Assembly: GCA_045538205.1 (NCBI GenBank)
Contig: JAZSQW010000003.1
Coordinates: 1-47,829, forward strand
Origin: Candidatus Avigastranaerophilus sp.
GTDB lineage: Bacteria; Cyanobacteriota; Vampirovibrionia; Gastranaerophilales; Gastranaerophilaceae
Length of the DNA stretch: 47,829 nucleotides
Reading direction: 5' to 3'
How positions within the stretch are numbered: position 1 is the first letter of the stretch; each line of letters opens with the position of its first letter. Positions 1 to 10,716 of this stretch are shown one piece after another. A program made the position numbers and the translations under genes. The notes beneath the pieces were generated by a model. The model saw nothing but the letters and a program-made list of their open reading frames with translations. It was not told the origin of the DNA and ran no database searches.

Positions 1-792
1 TGGCTCGCGATAGGCAAGGCCGGTGACGGGACACATCAGCCGCTTGCTATAATGGCGCACTTCACCCGTGTCAGCATCCAGTATCAGTATCAGTCCGTCG
101 CCTTGCGTCATGGCCGTGGCTACGCTTTGACGCAAGCGTTCTTCGTCGGTATTTGTCACACGCATCTTGTCGATGACAATTTCGATGTCGTGATTCTTGT
201 ATCTATCGACTCTCAAGCCGGGAAGCACCTCTTTCACCTCTCCGTCCACGCGTGCATAGAGGTATCCTTTGCGTCGGATTTGCTCGAACAACTCCTTGTA
301 ATGTCCCTTTCGGCTACGCACAGCAGGAGCCAGTATCATGATGCGTTTGCCCAAATATTGCTCACTGATGAGGGAGAGAATCTTCTCTTCGGTATATTTC
401 ACCATCCGTTCACCCGACAGGTATGAGTAAGCATCGCCCGCGCGAGCATAAAGCAGGCGCAAGTAATCAAACACCTCCGTAGTGGTGCCTACGGTCGAGC
501 GCGGATTCTTGTTCGTGGTCTTCTGTTCGATGGAGATGACAGGGCTGAGGCCGGTAATCTTATCCACATCGGGCCTTTCCATACCACCCAAGAAGTTGCG
601 GGCATAGGCCGAAAAGGTCTCAATATAACGCCGCTGGCCTTCGGCAAAGATGGTATCGAAAGCCAATGACGATTTGCCGCTACCGCTCAATCCGGTAATG
701 ACGGCCAACCGGTTACGGGGAATCTCCACATCCACATTTTTCAAATTGTGTACGCGGGCTCCCCAGACGTTTATCTTTTCTTCTTCGTTCAT
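1..792 (-). CDS. uvrA: excinuclease ABC subunit A (UvrA), N-terminal part; runs off the left window edge
   Basis: Own minus-strand translation from ATG (comp. 790-792): MNEEEKINVWGARVHNLKNVDVEIPRNRLAVITGLSGSGKSSLAFDTIFAEGQRRYIETFSAYARNFLG... Shows Walker A and typical UvrA N-terminus. Absent from the ORF track because it is open at the edge. Confidence 0.9.
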   Translation of the reverse strand, partial: MNEEEKINVWGARVHNLKNVDVEIPRNRLAVITGLSGSGKSSLAFDTIFAEGQRRYIETFSAYARNFLGGMERPDVDKITGLSPVISIEQKTTNKNPRSTVGTTTEVFDYLRLLYARAGDAYSYLSGERMVKYTEEKILSLISEQYLGKRIMILAPAVRSRKGHYKELFEQIRRKGYLYARVDGEVKEVLPGLRVDRYKNHDIEIVIDKMRVTNTDEERLRQSVATAMTQGDGLILILDADTGEVRHYSKRLMCPVTGLAYREP

Positions 793-800
793 TTTCCAGT

Positions 801-842
801 TACAAGCTAAGAGTTACGAGCTACAAGCTACGAGTTACGGGT
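801..842. repeat. heptamer tandem repeat TAYRAGY x6 (TACAAGC TAAGAGT TACGAGC TACAAGC TACGAGT TACGGGT)
   Basis: Read directly, immediately upstream of the uvrA start. Function unknown. Confidence 0.6.
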
Positions 843-976
843 GATTGGGGTGTAAACCTTACATGCTTACTGAGGCTACTTCATCTCAGGGATGATGTAG
901 GCTTACCTCAGGGTTAAGGTAACCTTAAGCGTAGGGTAAGGTTTGTTAAGGTTTCAGATGGGTGTGACGGGCGTTT

Positions 977-1708
977 TCAGTATCCTCCGCCTCCTCCTCC
1001 GTTCAGGCCTCCTTGTCCACGCAGGATGTTGATGTCTCTTCTGATGTTATACTTTATTCCATCCGAGCCAACGGCTTCAACTACAATGAAATATACTCCG
1101 TCCTTCACGTCACGTCCTCCATGAGTGCCGTCCCATCCTTGGTCGATGTTGCTCAGGTTCATCTGACAGATGCGTTGTCCCCATCGGTTGAAGATGGAGG
1201 CCTCTAACTTTACTAACGATTGGAAGGTGATGTGATAGACATCGTTCACTCCGTCGCCATTGGGCGAAAAGGCATTGGGCACCTTCAGCGACGATTCACT
1301 GATGACGATGAGGATTGGCTCTGCCTCTTCCTCCATCGGCTCAATCGAACCATCAGTGGGCGAATAGGTAATCTTCAATTGTACACCGAATGTGCCCGAG
1401 TCGTAGAATGTATATTCCGTCTCCGGCTCAAATCGGCGGAGAAGCGCCTCTTCGGGGTGGTCGGCCGGATAGATGACCCATTCGTAGGCATAGGTGTAAC
1501 CCTCCTGTTCTTCCACATTGGCTTCGAAAGAGACTTTCAGTGGAGCCGATGCCGTGTAGCTTTCTCCGCCACTGATGAGAGTTTCTTCCTCCACGGGACC
1601 TCCGTTTTCCTCCAACACCCGTCCGACGGGATTTCCCACTTGTGCCTTGGCTCCAATGATGGAGAGAAGGACAAAAAGCAAGGTGGACAGTATCTGTTTT
1701 TTCTTCAT
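977..1708 (-). CDS. T9SS type B sorting (gliding-motility C-terminal) domain protein, secreted
   Basis: Signal peptide MKKKQILSTLLFVLLSIIGAKAQ. C-terminal motif VPNAFSPNGDGVNDVY...WDG...GVYFIVVEA is typical of the CHU_C/T9SS type B domain. Start taken at the MKKK codon rather than the track start at 1720. Confidence 0.8.
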   Translation of the reverse strand: MKKKQILSTLLFVLLSIIGAKAQVGNPVGRVLEENGGPVEEETLISGGESYTASAPLKVSFEANVEEQEGYTYAYEWVIYPADHPEEALLRRFEPETEYTFYDSGTFGVQLKITYSPTDGSIEPMEEEAEPILIVISESSLKVPNAFSPNGDGVNDVYHITFQSLVKLEASIFNRWGQRICQMNLSNIDQGWDGTHGGRDVKDGVYFIVVEAVGSDGIKYNIRRDINILRGQGGLNGGGGGGY

Positions 1709-1832
1709 GCTTCGATACAATTATTCTCTTTTAATTTGCAAAAATAGTGTTTCCTATCGAAATAACGGCCGAAAAAGGGTATTATTATTTGCTAAACAAT
1801 CCTATTTCGTGTATAGAGTAGATATTTTTTTG

Positions 1833-1840
1833 TAATTTTG
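1833..1840 (+). promoter_or_regulatory. Bacteroidetes -7 box TAatTTTG
   Basis: Matches TAnnTTTG, 45 nt upstream of the ATG at 1885. Confidence 0.45.
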
Positions 1841-1884
1841 CGCCCAATAATAACAGTTTTCGGACAAAATACTCAGAAAGATTG

Positions 1885-3720
1885 ATGGACTTTATCAAGC
1901 GTATATCCCTTGCTTTCCTGTTGCTGGGCACTTCAGTGACGGGTATGGCTCAAACTCCCCAGCCGGACAATTCGTTTTCGCACACCGTGATGCGTGGGCA
2001 GACACTTTATTCCATATCCAGCATGTATGGTGTCAGTGTGGATGACATTGTGGGGTTGAATCCTGGAAGTGACAAACAACTGAAGGCAGGCCAAACCCTG
2101 CGTATCCCCCAACAGACAAAGTCGGCTGATGGTGCGGTTCAGCGACGTCTTCACTTCCATACCATACAAGCGGGTGAAACGCTTTATCGCATTACTCAGA
2201 AGTATCAGGTAAGTGCTGACATCATCTGTAAGGCGAACCCCGGATTGAGTGCACAAAATTTCCGTACGGGGCAAGTCATCGTCATCCCTATCACCGAAGG
2301 TACTGTGCAACAACCCACAGAGCAGAAGCCTGTGGTTGAGCAGAAAAAGGAGGAGCAGACACCTGCCTCTCCCTGTCGCGAAATGCATAAGGTGAAGCGT
2401 AAAGAGACCATCTTCAGCATCAGTCGCCAATATGGCATCAGCGAAAAGGAGCTGATTGATGCCAATCCCGAATTGAAGAACGGGAAGTTGAAGAAAGGCA
2501 AGTTCCTCTGCATCCCACATAAGAAGGTAGTGAAACAAAAGCCCCAGCTTGAATTGAGAATACCCTCTAATGAAGAGCTGATAGCCAAGAGCCAACCGAC
2601 AACCAAGAAGTTGGAAAGCATTGATGCAGCCCTTCTCCTACCCTTCCAGCTGGAAACAGGCGGTGGTATTCAGGCACAGATGGTGGAGTACTACGAAGGC
2701 TTCCTCTTGGCCGTGGACAGCTTGAAGCGCGAAGGGGTGGACATCAACCTCCACGTCTTCGACACGGGCGAGCGCACTGCTTCTATTGATGCACTATTGG
2801 CCAAGCCCGAATTGAAGCAAATGGACATTATCTTTGGCCCTGGACATGCAGGACACGTCAAACCTGTTTCTGATTTTTGTCAAGAGAATGGTATCCGACT
2901 CGTCATCCCTTTCACTTCCAAGGAGAGCGAAGTGTTCACCAATCCGCATATCTATCAGATATATACTCCCCAATCTTACCTCTACGCACAGGTGTACAAA
3001 CTCTTTGCCGAGCAATTTGCCTCTTATAACATCATCTTCATAGAAGTAAACGATGGAAAGGACAAGACCGACTACATCAACGGATTGAAGTTGGAGCTTG
3101 ATATGCGTGGCATTGGCCACCACACCATCCCTGTGCCTGAAGTGGTGGAGACAAAGAAGGATGATGTAGAAGTCATTGCTGTGCCGGCTCTTACCGCCGT
3201 GATGGATTCGACCAAGCACAACATCATCGTTCCCACGTCAGGTACCAATACGGCACTTATCAGACTTTTGCCTACCCTTCAATTGGTCGTGCGTGCTGAG
3301 GATAATCCTTATCAAATGCATCTCTTCGGTTATCCCGAATGGCAAAAGTATTACAACGACCACCTGCAGGCTTTCTATGAATTGGACACCTATTTCTACT
3401 CATCCTTCTACACCAACAATTTGTTGCCCAGTTCGAAAGCCTTTCATAACAAGTTCCGTAATATGTTCAACAAGGAGATGCTCCGCACTTATCCCAAGTA
3501 TGGCATGTTGGGCTTCGACACTGGATATTACTTCTTACGTGGCTTGAGTCGTTATGGTACAAAATTGGAGGATAATTTATCTGCGTACAATATTGTACCC
3601 GTGCAGACAGGCTTCCATTTCGAGCGTGTGAACAATTGGGGCGGATTCATCAACAAGAAGGTGTTCTTCGTACACATGACCCGCAACCATGAACTGATAA
3701 AGATGGATTTTGAGCAATAA
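1885..3720 (+). CDS. LysM-repeat peptidoglycan-binding protein with C-terminal periplasmic-binding-protein-like domain
   Basis: Signal peptide, then three LysM repeats (HTVMRGQTLYSISSMYGVSVDDI..., HTIQAGETLYRITQKYQVSADII..., HKVKRKETIFSISRQYGISEKELI...). Uninterrupted 611-aa ORF. Confidence 0.85.
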   Translation: MDFIKRISLAFLLLGTSVTGMAQTPQPDNSFSHTVMRGQTLYSISSMYGVSVDDIVGLNPGSDKQLKAGQTLRIPQQTKSADGAVQRRLHFHTIQAGETLYRITQKYQVSADIICKANPGLSAQNFRTGQVIVIPITEGTVQQPTEQKPVVEQKKEEQTPASPCREMHKVKRKETIFSISRQYGISEKELIDANPELKNGKLKKGKFLCIPHKKVVKQKPQLELRIPSNEELIAKSQPTTKKLESIDAALLLPFQLETGGGIQAQMVEYYEGFLLAVDSLKREGVDINLHVFDTGERTASIDALLAKPELKQMDIIFGPGHAGHVKPVSDFCQENGIRLVIPFTSKESEVFTNPHIYQIYTPQSYLYAQVYKLFAEQFASYNIIFIEVNDGKDKTDYINGLKLELDMRGIGHHTIPVPEVVETKKDDVEVIAVPALTAVMDSTKHNIIVPTSGTNTALIRLLPTLQLVVRAEDNPYQMHLFGYPEWQKYYNDHLQAFYELDTYFYSSFYTNNLLPSSKAFHNKFRNMFNKEMLRTYPKYGMLGFDTGYYFLRGLSRYGTKLEDNLSAYNIVPVQTGFHFERVNNWGGFINKKVFFVHMTRNHELIKMDFEQ

Positions 3721-3739
3721 TTCCTAAACCAAAGAATAA

Positions 3740-4456
3740 ATGAAATATCTTCATATCTTTCGCAAAACCGCAATGATGGTTCTGTTTGCCGGAAGTTTCC
3801 TTTCGGCCGAAGCGCAGATTACCCAGATTACGGACTATCGCAACAATTTGGCCATCGGTGTCAATGTTGGTGCGACATTTAACAATGTAACCTTCTCGCC
3901 CAGCATCAAGCAAGCCACTCATCAGGGGCTCGTCGGTGGATTTACTGCCCGTTATATCAGTGAAAAGTACTTTGCCATGATTTGTGGTCTTCAGGTGGAA
4001 GCCAACTTCAGCCAGCGCGGATGGAAGGAGAAGATTGAAGATGGCACAGGAAATACTTATCAACGTACACTTAATTACGTGGAAATTCCTTTCTTGGCTC
4101 ATTTGGCCTTTGGTGCCGACAATCGTGGTGTGCGTTTCTTTATCAATGCCGGTCCTCAATTCAGCTTTTTCCTGGATGATAAGGAAGAGTATGGCGGTGA
4201 TCCTTGGAATCCCAATTATCGTCCCAACAACGTCAACTACCAATATGGGAAGGCCGTAGAGAACAAGTTTGAATATGGTATTACCGGTGGTCTTGGTTTG
4301 GAGGTGCGTACAGGAGTGGGCAATTTCCTTGTCGAAGGACGTTACTATTATGGCCTTTCAGATATTTATGGAAACAGTAAAAAGGACGACTTTTCCCGCT
4401 CGGGGCTTTCTACCATCTATGGAAAGATTACATACTTGTTCGACCTGACGAAGTAA
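3740..4456 (+). CDS. outer-membrane beta-barrel protein (PorT/OMP_b-brl_2-like)
   Basis: Signal peptide ...SFLSAEAQ, alternating beta-strand pattern, C-terminal ...GKITYLFDL. Confidence 0.7.
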   Translation: MKYLHIFRKTAMMVLFAGSFLSAEAQITQITDYRNNLAIGVNVGATFNNVTFSPSIKQATHQGLVGGFTARYISEKYFAMICGLQVEANFSQRGWKEKIEDGTGNTYQRTLNYVEIPFLAHLAFGADNRGVRFFINAGPQFSFFLDDKEEYGGDPWNPNYRPNNVNYQYGKAVENKFEYGITGGLGLEVRTGVGNFLVEGRYYYGLSDIYGNSKKDDFSRSGLSTIYGKITYLFDLTK

Positions 4457-4520
4457 GTTGTCTTGTCCGGCCAAACGATGTAAATTTCTGTTTGAAAATC
4501 ATTGGTGTGTCATATTTGAA

Positions 4521-4615
4521 TTTTTCAGACGCAGATGACGCGGATGACGCGGATTTGTTTTAATTATTATACCCGATAGGTTATAAATTTATCTGCGTCA
4601 TCCGCGTCTGAAAAA
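4521..4615. terminator. long inverted repeat between convergent genes (bidirectional terminator candidate)
   Basis: TTTTTCAGACGCAGATGACGCGGATGACGCGGAT ... ATCTGCGTCATCCGCGTCTGAAAAA. The arms are complementary, and the left arm holds a duplicated 9-mer. Confidence 0.6.
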
Positions 4616-4684
4616 TGAATGGTTGCATTTTTGACACAACCTCTCCTCGCTATTTTATGCTATTCCTTTTTTTCTCAGATAGCA

Positions 4685-6175
4685 TCAATATGCCCTTGCA
4701 AAGAGTACACGGCGTGCACTGGGTTTGCCTGTGACCATACATTTGCCGGGTGTGAGACTCTCTTCGTCCGCTTCGAAGGGGATGCATCGGATGGTAGCTT
4801 TAGTGTCTTCCTTGATGCGCTCTTCTGTTTCGGTAGTACCATCCCAGTGGGCAAGGATGAATCCGCCCTTTTCGATTTGCTCTTTGAACTCGTCGTAAGT
4901 ATCTACCTTGGTAGTATTCTCCTGACGGTATTTCAACGCCTTTTGGAAGATGTTCTCCTGAATTTCGTCCAACAGGTTCTTTACATATTCTTCAATGCCG
5001 TCGCAAGTAACGGTTTGCTTTTCTAATGTATCGCGACGCATCACTTCCATGGTGTTGTTTTCCAAGTCGCGTCCACCCATCACGAGACGAACGGGCACTC
5101 CCTTCAGTTCGTATTCGGCAAATTTGAATCCGGGGCGTTTGTTGTCTGCATTGTCGTACTTCACACTGATACCCATTGCTTTCAGATTGGCTACAATACC
5201 ACCAATCTTTTCGTTCAGGGCATTGAGTTGCTCTTCATTCTTATAAATAGGTACGATGACCACCTGTATGGGCGCAAGCTTCGGAGGAAGTACGAGGCCA
5301 TTGTCGTCAGAGTGAGTCATGATGAGTGCACCCATCAAGCGGGTTGATACTCCCCATGATGTCGCCCACACGTATTGGAGTTGGTTTTCCTTATCTACGA
5401 ATTGTACGTCGAATGCCTTGGCGAAGTTCTGTCCGAGGAAGTGTGATGTACCGCTCTGCAATGCCTTTCCATCTTGCATCAGAGCTTCGATGGTGTAAGT
5501 GTCAAGCGCACCGGCAAAACGTTCGTTTGCACTCTTCACACCCTTTACTACGGGTACGGCCATGTACTTTTCGGCAAAGTCGCCATAGACGTGAAGCATC
5601 TTCTGTGCCTCCTCTTCAGCCTCTTCACGGGTTGCGTGAGCGGTGTGTCCTTCTTGCCAAAGGAATTCTGCTGTACGCAAGAACAGGCGTGTACGCATTT
5701 CCCAACGCATTACGTTAGCCCACTGGTTACACATGATAGGCAGGTCGCGATAGGATTGAATCCAGTTCTTATAAGTACTCCAGATGATGGTTTCTGATGT
5801 GGGACGGATAATCAATTCCTCTTCCAGACGGGCGGCAGGGTCAACCACAACACCACTTCCGTCAGGTGCATTCTTCAACCGGTAATGTGTCACTACGGCA
5901 CACTCTTTAGCAAAGCCTTCTACATGATCGGCTTCGCGGCTCAGGTATGATTTCGGAATCAACAGAGGGAAATAGGCATTTACGTGTCCTGTCTCTTTGA
6001 ACATGTCGTCCAACTGACGTTGCATCTTTTCCCAAATAGCGTATCCGTAGGGCTTGATCACCATACATCCGCGCACGGCACTCTGCTCGGCCAAGTCGGC
6101 TTTCACCACCAGGTCGTTGTACCATTGGCTGTAATTCTCACTCCGTTTGGTGAGTTCTTTCAATTCTTTTGCCAT
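4685..6175 (-). CDS. proS: proline--tRNA ligase (archaeal/eukaryote-like class II type)
   Basis: 496-aa [55 protein letters not shown]..., a typical Bacteroidetes ProRS. Confidence 0.93.
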   Translation of the reverse strand: MAKELKELTKRSENYSQWYNDLVVKADLAEQSAVRGCMVIKPYGYAIWEKMQRQLDDMFKETGHVNAYFPLLIPKSYLSREADHVEGFAKECAVVTHYRLKNAPDGSGVVVDPAARLEEELIIRPTSETIIWSTYKNWIQSYRDLPIMCNQWANVMRWEMRTRLFLRTAEFLWQEGHTAHATREEAEEEAQKMLHVYGDFAEKYMAVPVVKGVKSANERFAGALDTYTIEALMQDGKALQSGTSHFLGQNFAKAFDVQFVDKENQLQYVWATSWGVSTRLMGALIMTHSDDNGLVLPPKLAPIQVVIVPIYKNEEQLNALNEKIGGIVANLKAMGISVKYDNADNKRPGFKFAEYELKGVPVRLVMGGRDLENNTMEVMRRDTLEKQTVTCDGIEEYVKNLLDEIQENIFQKALKYRQENTTKVDTYDEFKEQIEKGGFILAHWDGTTETEERIKEDTKATIRCIPFEADEESLTPGKCMVTGKPSARRVLFARAY

Positions 6176-6377
6176 AAAATTGTTATTCTATATTTCTTTC
6201 TTATTATTTATTCCTTAATTAAATCGTAGCTCATCACTCATAGCTAATGATGCTAACGAGGTGCAAAATTACTAAAAAAACTGATTATTTATGTAATCTG
6301 GGGATTAAAATAGGCCAGTTGGTGGACAAAATGATATTTTCTGTCAAAAATGTTAGCAAACTTTTGAAACCTTTTCT

Positions 6378-6385
6378 TATATTTG
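6378..6385 (+). promoter_or_regulatory. -7 box TAtaTTTG
   Basis: TAnnTTTG, 41 nt upstream of the ATG at 6426. Confidence 0.45.
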
Positions 6386-6425
6386 CACCCGAAAAGAAAA
6401 CATTCACGTAAAACAAACAACAAAA

Positions 6426-7115
6426 ATGAAAAAGATGAAATTCATGGCCCTGGTTTTGAGCGGTGCTCTTATGTTGGGCAGCTGTGGTATGAACAACACG
6501 GCAAAAGGTGGTTTGATTGGTGGTGGTGGCGGTGCTGCCCTCGGTGGTCTTATCGGTAACATGGTAAGCGGTAAGAGTGACAAAGGTAAAGGTACAGCCA
6601 TTGGTGCTGCTATTGGTACAGCCGTAGGTGCTGGTGTTGGTGTTCTCATCGGCAAGAAGATGGATAAGGCCAAGGCTCAGGCAGAAGCTATCAAGGCTGC
6701 TCAGGTTGAAAGCGTAGAAGATGCTAATGGCTTGCAGGCCGTGAAGGTTACATTTGATAGTGGTATTCTCTTCGACCTCAATTCAAGCACACTCAAGAGT
6801 GCTGCCCGCACTTCTTTGACAGAGTTCTCTAACGTGTTGAAGAACAATACCGACATGGATGTCGCTATCTTCGGACACACAGACAAGACTGGTACTCTCG
6901 AAGTTAACCAGCGTGTGTCTCTCCAGCGTGCTCAGTCTGTTCAGTCTTATCTGAAGGGACAGGGTGTGGCTGACGACCAGATGGTGACCGTCGAAGGTAA
7001 GGACTATCAGGAATATGACGACACCAAGAGTGCTGCTGAAAACCGTCGCGTGGAAATCTATCTCTATGCTTCTAAGGAGATGATTGAAGCTGCCAACAAC
7101 GGTACTCTCCAATAA
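6426..7115 (+). CDS. OmpA-family lipoprotein with Gly-zipper region
   Basis: Lipobox LMLGSCG, Gly-rich segment, OmpA_C motif ...IFGHTDKTGTLEVNQRVSLQRAQSVQSYL...NRRVEIYL. Confidence 0.85.
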   Translation: MKKMKFMALVLSGALMLGSCGMNNTAKGGLIGGGGGAALGGLIGNMVSGKSDKGKGTAIGAAIGTAVGAGVGVLIGKKMDKAKAQAEAIKAAQVESVEDANGLQAVKVTFDSGILFDLNSSTLKSAARTSLTEFSNVLKNNTDMDVAIFGHTDKTGTLEVNQRVSLQRAQSVQSYLKGQGVADDQMVTVEGKDYQEYDDTKSAAENRRVEIYLYASKEMIEAANNGTLQ

Positions 7116-7162
7116 GAGAGTAGTAATAAGGAAAACATTTTTTTTGGTGAAACAATAGGGAG

Positions 7163-7207
7163 GCGGACGAAGACAGGTGGCTCATCTGTGTCGTCCGCTT
7201 TTCTTTT
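7163..7207 (+). terminator. rho-independent terminator
   Basis: GCGGACGA...TCGTCCGC stem followed by TTTTCTTTT. Confidence 0.7.
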
Positions 7208-7541
7208 GGATGATCGGAATCCGATTTCTCCATTGTTCATAAAAAACGATATCGATATAAAAAAAAGAGGCCTCACATCACTGTGAAACCTCTCTTAAAG
7301 TATTTCTACTTGGTACTAATTTTTTTAAGGTAAAAAGATTGTTTTAGGATAACGGCTGCAAAGGTAAGGCTTTTATCCATGTCTGCCAAAATAAAAAACA
7401 TGTTATAAAACATATAAGTGAAAATATTCGGACAAAATGCATTCCTTTTATTCTCTTGTCATGTTGCCTTTTCTTCGCGTGTGCAAACCTTATTTATAAA
7501 TTATTGTGCATGAACATTGCATGACTTTGCGAAAAAATGAT

Positions 7542-7549
7542 TATTTTTG
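7542..7549 (+). promoter_or_regulatory. -7 box TAttTTTG
   Basis: TAnnTTTG, 39 nt upstream of the glnS ATG. Confidence 0.45.
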
Positions 7550-7587
7550 CGCCTTAAAAAATGAAATGAAATAAACATCATAACAAT

Positions 7588-9333
7588 ATGGCAGAAAATA
7601 TTGCAACAGAAATTACTGAGAAAAAGAGCCTGAACTTCATTGAACAGGCAATAGAGAAAGATTTGAAAGAGGGTAAAAACGGTGGACGTGTACAGACACG
7701 CTTTCCGCCCGAACCCAATGGTTATTTGCACATCGGACACGCCAAAGCCATCTGTATGGATTTTGGCGCTGCTGCACGTTACGGTGGTGTGTGCAACCTT
7801 CGCTTCGACGATACTAACCCGACAAAGGAAGATACTGAATACGTAGAGGCAATCAAAGAGGATATCCAGTGGTTGGGCTTCCAGTGGGGAAATGAGTATT
7901 ACGCCAGCGACTATTTCCAACAGTTGTGGGACTTTGCCGTGCAGCTCATCAAGGAGGGAAAAGCTTATATCGACGAGCAGACGGCTGAAGAAATTGCTCA
8001 GCAGAAGGGAACCCCTACCCTGCCCGGTACTGAAAGTCCTTATCGCAATCGTCCTGTAGAGGAGAGCCTCGCTCTGTTTGAGAAAATGAATACTGGCGAG
8101 ATTGAGGAAGGCCGCATGGTGCTTCGTGCCAAGATTGATATGGCAAGCCCTAATATGCATTTCCGCGACCCTATCATCTATCGTGTGGTGAACCATCCCC
8201 ATCATCGTACAGGCACCGCTTGGAAGGCTTATCCTATGTACGACTTCGCCCATGGTCAGAGTGACTATTTTGAGGGAGTGACCCACTCACTCTGTACGCT
8301 GGAGTTTGTGCCTCACCGTCCCCTTTATGACCTTTTTGTCGATTGGGTGAAGAATGGCGAGGATCTCGATGACAACCGTCCCCGTCAGTATGAATTCAAC
8401 AAATTGAATCTCAACTATACCCTTATGAGCAAGCGCAATCTGCTCATTCTTGTGAAGGAGGGATTGGTCAACGGATGGGACGACCCCCGTATGCCGACTC
8501 TTTGTGGATTCCGTCGTCGTGGTTATTCGCCTGAAAGTATCCGCAATTTTGTGGATAAAATCGGCTATACCACCTACGATGCTTTGAACGACTTTGCCCT
8601 GCTCGAAAGTGCCGTGCGCGAAGACCTCAACCAACGTGCTACCCGTGTCAGTGCCGTGCTTGATCCTGTGAAGCTGGTCATCACCAACTATCCCGAGGAC
8701 AAGGTGGAGATGCTTACCGCCATCAACAATCCTGAAAATGAAGCTGATGGTACTCACGAAATAGCCTTTGGTCGCGAACTTTGGATTGAGCGCGACGACT
8801 TCATGGAGGTAGCCGAGAAGAAGTTCATGCGTTTGGCTCCCGGCAAGGAGGTGCGCTTGAAGAATGCTTATATCATCAAGTGTGATGAGAATCACCCATG
8901 TGACAAGGATGCTGATGGTCGCGTGACTACTGTGTATTGTACCTACGACCCCGAAACACGTAGCGGAATGCCCGGAGCTGACCGTAAGATTAAGGGTAAG
9001 ACCCTCCATTGGGTAAGTTGCGCCCATAGCTTGAAGGCCGAGGTCCGCCTCTATGACCGTTTGTGGAAGGCCGAGAATCCCCGCGATGAATTGGCCTCTA
9101 TCCGCGAAGCCAAGAATTGCGATGCTTTGGAAGCTATGAAGGAGATGATAAACCCCGATTCTCTGAAGGTGCTCACCGAGTGTTATGTCGAAGAATTTCT
9201 GGCTACGGCCAAGCCGCTCGATTATTTGCAATTCCAGCGCATCGGATACTTCAATGTCGATAAGGAATCAACCCCCTCACACCTTGTCTTCAACCGTACT
9301 GTCGGCCTGAAGGACACGTGGAGCAAGAAGTAA
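7588..9333 (+). CDS. glnS: glutamine--tRNA ligase
   Basis: 581-aa ORF with class I HIGH motif (PEPNGYLHIGHAKA) and MSK motif (LMSKR). Overall GlnRS pattern. Confidence 0.93.
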   Translation: MAENIATEITEKKSLNFIEQAIEKDLKEGKNGGRVQTRFPPEPNGYLHIGHAKAICMDFGAAARYGGVCNLRFDDTNPTKEDTEYVEAIKEDIQWLGFQWGNEYYASDYFQQLWDFAVQLIKEGKAYIDEQTAEEIAQQKGTPTLPGTESPYRNRPVEESLALFEKMNTGEIEEGRMVLRAKIDMASPNMHFRDPIIYRVVNHPHHRTGTAWKAYPMYDFAHGQSDYFEGVTHSLCTLEFVPHRPLYDLFVDWVKNGEDLDDNRPRQYEFNKLNLNYTLMSKRNLLILVKEGLVNGWDDPRMPTLCGFRRRGYSPESIRNFVDKIGYTTYDALNDFALLESAVREDLNQRATRVSAVLDPVKLVITNYPEDKVEMLTAINNPENEADGTHEIAFGRELWIERDDFMEVAEKKFMRLAPGKEVRLKNAYIIKCDENHPCDKDADGRVTTVYCTYDPETRSGMPGADRKIKGKTLHWVSCAHSLKAEVRLYDRLWKAENPRDELASIREAKNCDALEAMKEMINPDSLKVLTECYVEEFLATAKPLDYLQFQRIGYFNVDKESTPSHLVFNRTVGLKDTWSKK

Positions 9334-9341
9334 TTATGTCA

Positions 9342-9464
9342 GTTGACATTTTTTAGTTGACGAGATACAAGTTGACGGGTAGACAAGGACCATGCGGCAC
9401 TATTCCTTGTTAACCTGTCAACTTGTCAACTGAAAATTCCTTGTCAACATGTCAACTCGTCAAC
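9342..9464. repeat. inverted array of GTTGAC (x3) / GTCAAC (x5) words, forming an imperfect long hairpin after glnS
   Basis: AGTTGACGAGATACAAGTTGACGGGTAGACAAGGA ... TCCTTGTTAACCTGTCAACTTGTCAACT..., read directly. Confidence 0.65.
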
Positions 9465-9477
9465 TTTTAAGAAATCA

Positions 9478-10578
9478 ATGACCGAAAAAGATTATAGTTC
9501 CTATTTTGAGCAACCCGAGTTCAAGGATGTGCTTGCGCGTTACGAAGCAATGACAAACAGTGGCGAGAAGTTTTATTTCGACCCCGAACAACTGACCGAC
9601 ATTGCCGAATACTACGCTACGCGCAATCGTGAGAATGATGCCGAGAAAGTCATTGAATACGCCTTGGCCATGCATCCTGGAAGTACTGACCCGCTCATCT
9701 TCCGGGCGCGCACCTATATGTTGCGTGGCGATTTGGACACAGCCTATCTGGTGGCTGAGTCCATTCCTGACCAGGCCGACCGTGAAGTGACCTTCCTCTA
9801 TGCCGAATTGATGCTCAACGAAGAGCGCTTCGACGATGCCAGACAGTTGCTGGTGCAAACCCTGTTGGCCGATGAAACATCCCCTCGCGAATATGCTCTT
9901 ACGGTGCAGGACATTGTAGAGTTGTATCTCGACTACAACTATACACACGAAGCCGCTTTACTGGCCGAAGCCACCCTTAACCGGGCACAACGCGAAGGGT
10001 GGAAGCCGCGCATCCGGCTGATGGTTCAAAGCCTGGCTGCAGAATGCCTGCGCAACGACGGACAATTTATGGCTGCTTCTGTCGAACTCAACATGATGCT
10101 GGACGAGGAACCCTACAATCTGAATCATTGGCTGAATCTGGGTAATGTCTATAATCAGATGGAGCGGTTCAACGATGCCATCGACGCTTTTGACTATGCC
10201 CTGGCCATCGATCCTGAATGTTTGGATGCCCTGTTTGCCAAAGGTCACTCCTATGCATTGCTGGAAAACGAAGAAAAAGCCCTGCAACTTTATCGCACCT
10301 GTTTGGAGCGTGGCTACGACAAGGCATTGGCATGTTACACTTGCGGTGTGATGGAGACAGCTTTGGAACTTTATGCCGAAGCAATCCCCCATCTGACCTA
10401 TGCCCACAATGTCTATGGCGACCAGTCAATCTATTCCTTCTCCATCTGTTTCAACCTTGCCCTTGCCTATATCGAAACGGGGGACATGAAGCGTGCCGCC
10501 GAATGTTATTTCCGTGCTACCCAAATTGACCCAAACGACGAAGGGCTCACCGACCTGTTAGGACGAATGGATAAATAA
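9478..10578 (+). CDS. tetratricopeptide (TPR) repeat protein
   Basis: 366-aa ORF with repeated A..Y/A..A...P TPR-like periodicity (e.g. NLGNVYNQMERFNDAIDAFDYALAIDPE). Confidence 0.75.
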   Translation: MTEKDYSSYFEQPEFKDVLARYEAMTNSGEKFYFDPEQLTDIAEYYATRNRENDAEKVIEYALAMHPGSTDPLIFRARTYMLRGDLDTAYLVAESIPDQADREVTFLYAELMLNEERFDDARQLLVQTLLADETSPREYALTVQDIVELYLDYNYTHEAALLAEATLNRAQREGWKPRIRLMVQSLAAECLRNDGQFMAASVELNMMLDEEPYNLNHWLNLGNVYNQMERFNDAIDAFDYALAIDPECLDALFAKGHSYALLENEEKALQLYRTCLERGYDKALACYTCGVMETALELYAEAIPHLTYAHNVYGDQSIYSFSICFNLALAYIETGDMKRAAECYFRATQIDPNDEGLTDLLGRMDK

Positions 10579-10592
10579 CACCTTCACCCCCC

Positions 10593-10712
10593 TCAACGTC
10601 TCAACGCATCAACGTCTCAACGCATCAACGTCTCAACGAATCAACCCCTCAACGAATCAACGTCTCAACGAATCAACGCATCAACGAATCAACGTCTCAA
10701 CGAATCAACGAA
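10593..10712. repeat. octamer tandem array TCAACGNN x15
   Basis: Exactly 8-nt period, filling the gap between the TPR stop (10578) and the DedA ATG (10717). Confidence 0.85.
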
Positions 10713-10716
10713 TAAC

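Noticed and set aside
7588-9333. Host glnS lies only 4.4 kb from a prophage that appears to decode TAG as Gln, which might be a functional link.
   Set aside because: glnS is an ordinary housekeeping gene in host-composition DNA with its own promoter. It is separated from attL by five unrelated genes, so the proximity is most likely coincidence. The host GlnRS would still be the enzyme expected to charge the suppressor.
10593-10712. Regular short repeats considered as a CRISPR array.
   Set aside because: The period is 8 nt with no spacers and no cas genes. This is a microsatellite-like tandem repeat.
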